From contig JALVPN010000067.1 in the NCBI GenBank assembly GCA_027031765.1, positions 3,968 through 35,967 on the forward strand: a stretch of DNA of 32,000 nucleotides, given 5' to 3'. Below are positions 26,201-32,000 of the stretch, piece by piece. Made by a program: the position numbers and the translations under genes. The DNA is from Promethearchaeota archaeon. GTDB lineage: Archaea > Asgardarchaeota > Thorarchaeia > Thorarchaeales > Thorarchaeaceae. Each line of letters starts with the position of its first letter. Within the stretch, counting starts at the first letter, position 1. The notes below the pieces were generated by a model. That model was not told the DNA's origin. It saw nothing but the letters and a program-made list of their open reading frames with translations, and did no database searches.

Positions 26201-27019
26201 GAGTAGTGTCCACACGGGTGTACCATTGGCAAGGCGCACGTACACATCACCGTGCGAGTTGCCATATGCGATGTCCGCCGACGCCGAGCCAGTGAGGTTA
26301 CCACTGCTCACTGCACGCACACCGTATACGGTCGTGTGGGAGAAGACGGCCGTGCCATTGGGCCGCAGCAGTACGAACTGACCCGAGTCAGAGCCGGTGA
26401 GGACCTCAGAATAGGAGTCACCATCGAGGTCGCTGGCCGACAGGGCACGTACCCGGCCACTGACAGTATGGTTCCACAACTGGGTGGAGTTCAGATGGTA
26501 CGCATAGACGGTACCATCGTCGCAGCCCGCAACGACCTCCTGTGGCGAGCCGGCATCGAGCTGGGCGCCAGCCACAACATTCACTGGACTGGGCAGTGTG
26601 ATGTTGGTGAGCAGCTGTGCGTTGTCGTCGTACACGACCAGCCCACTCGCTGTGCCCACGACCAGTTCGTCCTGCGGGTCGGCATCTGCTGACACGAGTG
26701 CGATGCCGTAGCCAGCAGCACCGAGTGCGGTCGTCCAAAGACGCGTGCCGTCCTGGTCGAAGACAAAGAGACTGCCGTTGTCTGTGACCACCGCGACCTC
26801 TGAGTAATCATCTGTATCGAGGTTGCCAGTGACGATGGCGTTCACACGGTTGCCGGTCGAGTTGGACCACACCGGGGCGACCTCGAACGGGGCGATAGCG
26901 GCGTAGGTGGTGCCCGTTGACACAGCGCTGTTGCCGGCACCCATGTGCGAACCCTGCTGGACGCCTGCGAGGACACACAAAAATAGGGACAGTAGTATGA
27001 CCAGACGGCGGACTTTCAT
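20231..27019 (-). CDS. Giant type I membrane protein: signal peptide, FG-GAP/PQQ-like beta-propeller, ~1,700 aa of Ca-binding DxDxDGLxDxxE repeats (bacterial TSP3-like), TM helix, cytoplasmic Ig-like domain
   Basis: ATG 27019 after GGGAG gives MKVRRLVILLSLFLCVLAG. About 8 blade motifs (GNLDTDDYSEVAV, SDLDGDSYSEVLTG, CDLDADGNYEFVVG). TM WGFAVMRVVLAVVVLSVVG followed by RK..RWRRR. Confidence 0.88.
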   Translation of the reverse strand: MKVRRLVILLSLFLCVLAGVQQGSHMGAGNSAVSTGTTYAAIAPFEVAPVWSNSTGNRVNAIVTGNLDTDDYSEVAVVTDNGSLFVFDQDGTRLWTTALGAAGYGIALVSADADPQDELVVGTASGLVVYDDNAQLLTNITLPSPVNVVAGAQLDAGSPQEVVAGCDDGTVYAYHLNSTQLWNHTVSGRVRALSASDLDGDSYSEVLTGSDSGQFVLLRPNGTAVFSHTTVYGVRAVSSGNLTGSASADIAYGNSHGDVYVRLANGTPVWTLLLNESITGLKVAQLLTGGADEIVAGTSAGALRVYNASGLQVWNRTLSAQVNVVGVANIGGLADPQVLVGTGGTVTLYNASGYLVTGVDIVGFSGVLGTCDLDADGNYEFVVGTNGGSVRAYGRDNDRDGLADAREALIEGTLVDDPDTDNDRLSDGDEVLQYGTSPLDPDSDDDGLNDFDEVVTFGTDPNDSDSDSDGLTDWQEVYLGTDPNRRDTDGDLLTDYEENNITQTSPTEADTDGDGVDDGQDDNDGDGLTNLQEVRITGTDPNDVDSDNDGVSDYYDDEDRDGLANWKEISVGSDVHDPDSDDDGLSDGEEVKVYKTSPTNEDTDGDRLTDYEEVAVVHSDPRDSDTDGDGLDDYAEYVTYGTNVSSADTDGDGLDDYAEINTYNTNATNPDSDGDMLSDGDEVNVWHSNPNSNDSDVDGLSDYDEVNVYGTNLTESDTDGDSVGDGIEVNKYGTSPTSVDTDGDGVLDKDEIDRSQLFDPTNAYTFDPTNATNDYDYDYDNDTLTNGQEIYLTRTDVALADTDRDGTRDDAEDSDLDFLSNIVELNVTHTLPRVPDTDGDGIKDGHEYTDLGTDPNDPDSNDNGVGDYDEDLDGDGLSNGVELYVTRTDPTTPYTHGSGQPRDDQYDNDGDGLPNWFEVRETQTDPCYNDTDDDGTLDGAEDPDGDGLTNIDEYASGCDPRVADTDSDGLTDAEEVRQTMTDPLDADSDDDGVRDANDDQDHDGLTNVQEIRTYNTDPLVWDTDGDMLRDGLEVDVGLNATLWDTDNDQLPDGWNDTDHDGRWDPGEVGEDIDGDGVVDPGETDPATADTDSDGLKDGEEVLTWHTDPLRPDTDSDGLKDGEEVNDYGTLPLVNDTDSDQIDDYTEVKVTGTDPTTNMTTPGILDYDLDSDSDGLSNGNELYVYKTSPGDMDSDDDDLPDGTEVLGFTVSIVNSSEGIEHFTVTSDPLVSDTDGDQLTDHDEFLIGTDPRRKDTDRDGLDDYSEDRLLGLNASRYSTYANGTSDYYLDVDHDGLTNGLEIYGYHSNATAWDTDGDLLSDGTEVHLAGTSPTDMDTDDDGLSDYEEYVVYHTDPTGDDSDADGLDDYHEVYVSRTSPTDWDTDGDLLSDYDEVNTYGTSPNSPDSDGDQIDDRKELELGLDPNNNDTDSDGLSDWEEWKVYDTDGTDPDCDDDGLLDGEEIDHGCDPKNPDTDFDDLKDGDEVNDLGTDPTTPDTDGDHLADNDELWNSHTDPTSSDSDGDGVPDDLDDQDGDGINNYLEIYYYETNCTLVDTDGDMLSDSYEVFTSHTSPRDGDTDDDSIGDWDEIFLFSSDPNRRDTDGDLLEDGEEAYTYHTLLNSTDTDADGVSDYDEIMVFETDALTPDTDGDGLTDGLELNVYNTDPLVMDTDSDLLLDAQEVALGTDPLSPDTDSDGLTDYQEANLTLTNPLRYSTRGDGTSDADWDIDSDGLSNSDELALTHTDPRNPDSDGDGIDDGADDEDRDLLTNYQECYLTGTDPRDKDTDDDGISDLNDDEDGDGLTNIEEILAGTAPRKADTDGDTLSDYDETRVYHTDPLARDSDGDGLDDNREVKDYRSDPLRVDTDDDRLTDYEEVELTGTSPIKNMTHPGVLDSEWDSDGDGLSNIEELRVYGTLPLDPDYDNDDLADGLEVQYGSNPRKRDTDSDSIIDGAEVHLYGTSPTSVDTDNDHLSDYDEVFVYGTNATLSDTDGDGLSDYYEVMVSKTSPTSVDTDSDGLSDREEVTEYHTDPELADTDSDRLSDYDEVNVYHTSPLVNDTDGDGLSDYAELTLYHTSPVSADTDGDGLSDREEVVVYGTNATSSDTDGDMLLDGADFEPTVHWGFAVMRVVLAVVVLSVVGRKVAERWRRREYVTEAEPASPGLEPGMEVLVEYKIRDGKVIFGVAVRNGSKNPMHNVQVVLGVPDLTDVIKSQVVGTIEPGGVSVTEIDFELQPGAEGELVGMVEYDSADGEHRVVNLRPVHIVA
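20690..25835 (-). repeat. Coding tandem array of ~23-aa acidic repeats (DTDGDGLxDxxEvxxxxTxPxxx), roughly 70 copies by length estimate
   Basis: About 5.1 kb of recurring D-[TS]-D-x-D-G-L-x-[DN]-x-x-E...T-[DS]-P units; copy number estimated as length/23, not counted. Confidence 0.9.
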
Positions 27020-27087
27020 GGTGACCGTGCTCCCGTATTGCTGTACGGACACGGCGAGATGTTGTTATTAGTATTGTGCGAGGACAC

Positions 27088-28086
27088 CTAGTCCTGTGCT
27101 GCCCCCTCCCGGTCCCGTCCGCTACGCGACTTCCACGGCTTGACCTGGAAGTAGTCGAAGAAGTCGGCCTCCACGACGCTGACCTCTTCAAAGGGGATTT
27201 CCATCCTGTTGAACGCCCGGATGATTGGGAGCACCATGTCAGCAGGGCGGTCCACGAAGAGCTTCAGTGTGTTCCGGCCGGCCTTGGCCATGAAGCGTAC
27301 CTCGGGGACAGACCAGATACGGTCCACAACCGACGGGGATAGGGTCGGCAGGACAACACGCAGGCCCTCACCACGTCCCGGCAGGCTGGCGATAAGGTCT
27401 TCGGGTGTACCGAACTGGCTGACCTCTCCGTTCTCAAGGAGGCAGACGCGGGTACAGTAGTCAACAATCTCAAGGTCGTGACTGATGATCACCATTGTCG
27501 TACCGAGCTCGTAGTTCAGCTGCTTCAGGTAGTTGAGGACCTCATGACGGAGGTGCGCGTCGAGTCCGGTGGTGGGCTCGTCGAGCAGCAGTACTGGGGG
27601 GTCGTGGATGAGGCCAAGACAGATGGACACGCGCTTCCGCTCGCCCCCTGAGAGGCGGCTGACACGCTTTGTCATGAGGTCCTCGTCGAAACCGAGGATG
27701 TCAAGGATGTTGCGGGCACGTTCCTCAATCTCACGTGGCCGCATCCCGAAGCAACGTCCAAAGAACTGTGCATTCTCAAGGGCCGAGAAGTCGTAGTAGA
27801 GTGAGAGGTGTTCCAGTTGTGGGACGTACCCCACGAGGTAGCTTATCAGGTCTCTCTGCTTTGTGACGTCGTGTCCACCAACGTAGGCCTTTCCACTGGT
27901 GGGACGTATCTGACCTGTGAGGACACGCAGGACCGTGGTCTTGCCAGCACCAGACGCGCCGATGATACCGAGGAACTCTCTCTTGTTGGCGAAGAATGAG
28001 ACCCCTTTCAGCGCATAGAACTTGCCAAAGGCCACCTTCAGGTCGATGATGTCAATCTCTCTCTCAAGACGCCTCGGCAGTGTCAT
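27088..28086 (-). CDS. ABC transporter ATP-binding protein (ABC-2/DrrA-like)
   Basis: Walker A GASGAGKT, Q-loop YVPQ, signature LSGGE, Walker B VLLLDEPTTGLD, H-loop ISHD, and a C-terminal extension typical of ABC-2 ATPases. ATGA overlap with the upstream gene. Confidence 0.95.
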   Translation of the reverse strand: MTLPRRLEREIDIIDLKVAFGKFYALKGVSFFANKREFLGIIGASGAGKTTVLRVLTGQIRPTSGKAYVGGHDVTKQRDLISYLVGYVPQLEHLSLYYDFSALENAQFFGRCFGMRPREIEERARNILDILGFDEDLMTKRVSRLSGGERKRVSICLGLIHDPPVLLLDEPTTGLDAHLRHEVLNYLKQLNYELGTTMVIISHDLEIVDYCTRVCLLENGEVSQFGTPEDLIASLPGRGEGLRVVLPTLSPSVVDRIWSVPEVRFMAKAGRNTLKLFVDRPADMVLPIIRAFNRMEIPFEEVSVVEADFFDYFQVKPWKSRSGRDREGAAQD

Positions 28087-31000
28087 ACACCTCCCACGCG
28101 GTCGCTGATGTCCTTGAAGCGGTTCCTGGCCGAGTTGAGACTGTGCATGAGTGTCCGTATCGCCTCGACCTTCTGGACCCTGTCAAGGTCCTCCCGTCTG
28201 ACAATGTCCTCCATCTGGTGGAACACGGCCATGAGCATGTTCAGAGTGTTGTCAATCTCAAACATGAAGTCCGGGTCAATCTCGGGAATCCGGAACCGCT
28301 TCCTCCGGCGCCTCCGGTTCACGAAAAGGACGACGAGCAGGGCCGTGAAGATGCCAACACTGGACGCCACCGCGACCTGCACCATTGTGAGCAGTCGACC
28401 GGAAGACCCGGTGGTGGGGCTGTGTGGCGGCACATATAGCTCAAAGCTGGTGCTGGCAAAGGTGTTGGCATAGTCGCCCCCTAGGATGATGAAGATGACA
28501 TTCACGCGTCCTGGACCGTGGTAGTACGATGGTAGGAACTGAGAGGAGTAGAGGCCGTCCTCCACAAAGCCAGCAATGAAGAAGGTCAGGGTACCGTTCG
28601 GTAGCTCAAAGGCGACGAAGACCATCAGGTCATTCACAGGGGTACCGTTGTAGTCCGTGACGAAGAGGTTGATGTAGACGCTCCGGCCAACAGGATAGCG
28701 GCTCGTGTCCTCAGCGAGGGTCGCAACACCTACGAGGGTCTCTCTGAGCAGGTAGTCGGCAAGGTTGTCGAGCAGTACTGTGTTGTTACACTTGTGGAGG
28801 TGCTTGTTCATGAACAGACGTGACGAGCCGAAGAGGACGAGCTGTGGCGGCGAGTCGTCCAGCAGTACTACGGGGCGGCCGCCAACCGTGGCTGCTGCGA
28901 GTGACTGGTTGTGTTCGATGAACGTGCCACCGCCCAGCCAGACCGACATGACCCCCGTCGAGAGCGGGTTGTGTGGGATGACTTCAGTGGTGTTCTCAGC
29001 GTCGAACGAACCGGACATTGCATAGCCGAACTCGTTGAGGAGTGGCTGCAGCCCGGTGAGGTTCGCACGGTCGCTGTTGTCACCAAAGACCACCAGGCAA
29101 CCACCGCTGTTGGTGAAGTTCCGCAGCATTCCGACCTCAGTGCTATTGAAGCCACGCGTGGGCCGGAATATGAAGAGGGCGGAGAACATGAACAGCAGGT
29201 CCTCACTGGGTGGGAGCCCTGGCGCCTCGAACAGGTCGAGGCCGCGGTCTGCCAGACGCGTCTTCATCCCTGACAGCCCTGAGAGAGTAGTGAGGCGGAG
29301 GCCCTCAATCAGGTCGTCGATGGAGGACAGGTCCCCGACGCCGGTACCGAGAGTGGCATTCGCATTGGGCAGGAGCTCGTCGGACTCGGCCAGTGAGAAG
29401 CCACCCGGGGCCCCGAAGCCGCCACCACCGCCTAGACCACCACCAAGACTACCGGCCATGGAACCTCCCATGAGCAGAGACAGGCCGCCACCATGGTACG
29501 TGTCAACAAGCATCATAGCACGTGGGTACTCGATGTTAGTGTCAAGGGTGATGTTTGTGGTCCAGCCCTGTGTCGTGTGTATGACGTAGTCTGTGTGCCT
29601 GTACCCGTCCATCAGGATTGGTGGGACAAGGGTGAAGAGCGAGAAGTTGTATAGCCCTTCCACGTTGTCGCAGGCGTGCAGTGTCACGTCCCCCCAGTCA
29701 GTGGCATTGCCGTGCTTGGAGACCGTGAGGTTGCCCAGTGGGACTGTGGACGATACGAGGAACGTATACAGGCCATAGTCCGACGGGAAACGCAGGTCGA
29801 AGGGTGCATGGGGGATGCGCCGTGGGAACACCCCCACAGAGGGCAGCGGTGTGACCACAAAGAGGTCCCGGTTCAAGAAGTCGTCCAGAAGGGTGATGGA
29901 TGTCGACGTGAACTGTGTGACAGGCTGTGAGTAGAGGGCAATCGCATACTGGATCCCTGCGGCTACCACCCACGCGGCCGTGTACATGCCCTCAGACTCC
30001 GGGCTCCACTCGGTCGAGACCACCTCTGCATGGAACGGCCGGATCTCGTCAAAGGACACAAAATCACTGAAGATGGTCCCGCGACTGTCGTTGCCCTGTC
30101 CAATCATCATTGCCGCGACCGCGGTCGTGGGGTCCACGCCAACATTCATGACCACGGCACGGGACTCGTAGCTGTGGCCTGCAAGGGCATTGCGTGGTAT
30201 CTGTGCCTCCACAACAATGAGGTCACCCTGACTGGCATAACTGTTGGAGGGGACAAGCGTCCACAGTGTGTCCACCGTGCTGTCGAGCATTGTGCGGTTC
30301 TCAGCAAACCCGAGGACGACCGTCACGTTCTGCGGTTCTCCGGGGTCGAGGTGCCCAAAGTCCCACCGCATCCCCAGGCCAACCCTGCCGTCGAACGTTG
30401 TGGAGCCGGTGAGGGCATCAGCAGAGACATGGTCTGCGATTGTTGACGCATTGCCGACCTCAAAACTGGAGAGGTGCCTGCTTGAGTTGACGCCCACGTA
30501 GAAGCGCTCGTAGTCCTCCGACTGCCCGTATGCGAACAGCATCTCATCACTGAGCGAGTACTTGCCGTGGTCGTCGATGTCGTCGAGGAATATGTCCAGC
30601 GAATAGGAGAGGAAGAGGCTCACGTTCTCAATGGGCCTATCCCCCAGGTCCAGCAGGATGGGTGTTATACGGAAGCCGGTGATGGGGTTGGCGGAAACAA
30701 GTGTGAGGTTGTACGACTCCACGAGCAGTACGACATACAGCTCGTCCTCATACGACAGGATACCGACCCAGCGGTTGTAGGTCGAGGGCGGGGTGGCCAT
30801 TGCCACCTGGTGCAGCTCCCTCTTGATATCGAACATCATGAGGTTTGTCGGGTCGTGGTTGTCCCAGCGCAAGGAGAACATCCCCATCAGGAGGTGCATG
30901 TCGGCCTCGCGGTCACCACGCTGGTCCATGACCAGGACCGATGTCCCATAGCTGCTCATGAGGAGGGTGGAACTGGCATCCCGGCTGTCGGAGTTGAGCA

Positions 31001-32000
31001 GGCCCAGCGCCACCAGGGGGATACCCGTAGTACGCACATGGGGCTCGACCGGGGACTGGCGCTCGCGCAGATACTCGAACGCTGCGGTGATGTTGAGTAG
31101 TCCGGCGCCGGCATCGTTGGCACCAGCATCCAGTGGCGTGGCCGTTTCACGGAGGGCATTTGCCAGGGCGATAGGGGTGGCCCTGTCGAAGGCCTCAATG
31201 AGGAGTGCAGCCGCGCCGGCCACGATGGCGGCGGAGGCGGCTGTCGAGTCGGCCCACATGTAGTAGTCGTCAATTGCCTCGCCGAACTCGCCGCCTACAA
31301 GCGAGGCAAAACCACCGAGCTCGCCCAGGTTGACAGACCCGAGACCAAAGTCCATGGTGGGCCGTGCCCCGACCACATTGACGCCGGGTGCCACAATGTC
31401 GGGTTTGGCAAGCATGCCCAGTGATGGCCCCCTGCCCGAGAAGTCGGCAACACGGCCGTGCACGGGGTCGTAGGCGCCAACTGTGAACACTGATGCAGAG
31501 CCACCAGGGGACATTATTGTGAGGTAGTCAGGGCCATCATCGCCAGCGGCCGCGACCACAAGGACTCCCTTCCTGGCAGCCTCACAGAGTGCCTGGTCAA
31601 CAGCATCGCCCGGCACGCCCAGCGTGTTGAAGGGCATGAGTATTATGTCGGCCCCGTGGGACATTGCCCACGAGACCCCCGAGACTATCCAGCTCGGGGC
31701 AGCAAGGAAGCCACCAAAGGTCACCTTTGCGGAGATGACCCGTGCACCCGGTGCCACGCCCATGTACTGGCCCTCAGACCGGTTGCCCGTGCCGGCGGCA
31801 ACAGAGGCGACATAGGTCCCGTGACCGAGCAGGTCAATAGGGAGGGTGTCGGCCTCGACGAATGATGCAAAGGCCGTCACCTTCGGGTCTGTCGTATTGC
31901 TGATGTCATCCAGGTCGTCGAGGTCAGGATGGAAGAAGTCCACACCCGTGTCCAGGACTGCAATCACCACTCCGGAGCCGTTGTAGCCCATGTCCCAGAG
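28083..32000 (-). CDS. Membrane-anchored S8 subtilase-like protein, probably catalytically dead, with C-terminal GATase-like (GldG/DUF4350-type) domain, Ig-like domain, TM and cytoplasmic helical tail; 5' end outside the window
   Basis: Frame stays open to the window edge (LWDMGYNGSGVVIAVLDTG). Asp (LDTG) and His (HGT) present, KPDIVAPG present, but GTSMAxP appears as STAASAA. TM VAVASSVGIFTALLVVLFV followed by RRRRRKR. Confidence 0.88.
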   Translation of the reverse strand, partial: LWDMGYNGSGVVIAVLDTGVDFFHPDLDDLDDISNTTDPKVTAFASFVEADTLPIDLLGHGTYVASVAAGTGNRSEGQYMGVAPGARVISAKVTFGGFLAAPSWIVSGVSWAMSHGADIILMPFNTLGVPGDAVDQALCEAARKGVLVVAAAGDDGPDYLTIMSPGGSASVFTVGAYDPVHGRVADFSGRGPSLGMLAKPDIVAPGVNVVGARPTMDFGLGSVNLGELGGFASLVGGEFGEAIDDYYMWADSTAASAAIVAGAAALLIEAFDRATPIALANALRETATPLDAGANDAGAGLLNITAAFEYLRERQSPVEPHVRTTGIPLVALGLLNSDSRDASSTLLMSSYGTSVLVMDQRGDREADMHLLMGMFSLRWDNHDPTNLMMFDIKRELHQVAMATPPSTYNRWVGILSYEDELYVVLLVESYNLTLVSANPITGFRITPILLDLGDRPIENVSLFLSYSLDIFLDDIDDHGKYSLSDEMLFAYGQSEDYERFYVGVNSSRHLSSFEVGNASTIADHVSADALTGSTTFDGRVGLGMRWDFGHLDPGEPQNVTVVLGFAENRTMLDSTVDTLWTLVPSNSYASQGDLIVVEAQIPRNALAGHSYESRAVVMNVGVDPTTAVAAMMIGQGNDSRGTIFSDFVSFDEIRPFHAEVVSTEWSPESEGMYTAAWVVAAGIQYAIALYSQPVTQFTSTSITLLDDFLNRDLFVVTPLPSVGVFPRRIPHAPFDLRFPSDYGLYTFLVSSTVPLGNLTVSKHGNATDWGDVTLHACDNVEGLYNFSLFTLVPPILMDGYRHTDYVIHTTQGWTTNITLDTNIEYPRAMMLVDTYHGGGLSLLMGGSMAGSLGGGLGGGGGFGAPGGFSLAESDELLPNANATLGTGVGDLSSIDDLIEGLRLTTLSGLSGMKTRLADRGLDLFEAPGLPPSEDLLFMFSALFIFRPTRGFNSTEVGMLRNFTNSGGCLVVFGDNSDRANLTGLQPLLNEFGYAMSGSFDAENTTEVIPHNPLSTGVMSVWLGGGTFIEHNQSLAAATVGGRPVVLLDDSPPQLVLFGSSRLFMNKHLHKCNNTVLLDNLADYLLRETLVGVATLAEDTSRYPVGRSVYINLFVTDYNGTPVNDLMVFVAFELPNGTLTFFIAGFVEDGLYSSQFLPSYYHGPGRVNVIFIILGGDYANTFASTSFELYVPPHSPTTGSSGRLLTMVQVAVASSVGIFTALLVVLFVNRRRRRKRFRIPEIDPDFMFEIDNTLNMLMAVFHQMEDIVRREDLDRVQKVEAIRTLMHSLNSARNRFKDISDRVGGV

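Noticed and set aside
20151-26811. Many 60-280 aa ORFs overlapping the Ca-repeat gene (for example 22319..23173 +)
   Set aside because: Shadow ORFs caused by stop-poor, Asp-codon-rich repeats; no domain motifs or RBS.
20231-28086. Interpretation as an RTX/type I secretion system (ABC plus Ca-repeat giant protein)
   Set aside because: Repeats are DxDxDG type, not GGxGxD nonamers; the protein has a Sec-type signal peptide and TM anchor; the ATPase is a standalone ABC-2 type with no fused TM domain or MFP.

Overview
GC-rich archaeal-type window with 15 well-supported CDS (two truncated by the window edges), mostly on the minus strand. I found no rRNA, tRNA, CRISPR array or mobile element. The gene content (AOR, archaeal SCP2, TTTATA-type promoters, a 7TM-longin-like fusion, giant sequon-rich FG-GAP surface proteins) suggests an Asgard archaeon, possibly Thorarchaeota; this is inference. 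Left: a metabolic run of aldehyde:ferredoxin oxidoreductase (partial, missing from the ORF track), Fe-alcohol dehydrogenase and a FabK/nitronate-monooxygenase-like flavoprotein. Next: a ~2,490-aa surface protein (two FG-GAP propeller regions, ~12 Ig-like repeats, seven predicted TM helices, Ser/Tyr/Asp low-complexity tail) with an adhesion-GPCR-like layout. Middle: a membrane-anchored hypothetical, SCP2, a PHP hydrolase, and an ArsR-type operon (two paralogous membrane proteins, wHTH regulator, DUF4097-like protein) with a palindromic operator and hairpin/T9 terminator. Then a 7TM plus longin-like protein and a TPR protein. Right: a probable operon of a membrane-anchored subtilase whose catalytic Ser is replaced by Ala, an ABC-2 ATPase, and a ~2,260-aa propeller plus Ca-binding-repeat protein with a cytoplasmic Ig-like domain. 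All domain calls are by eye from motifs; no database search was run.
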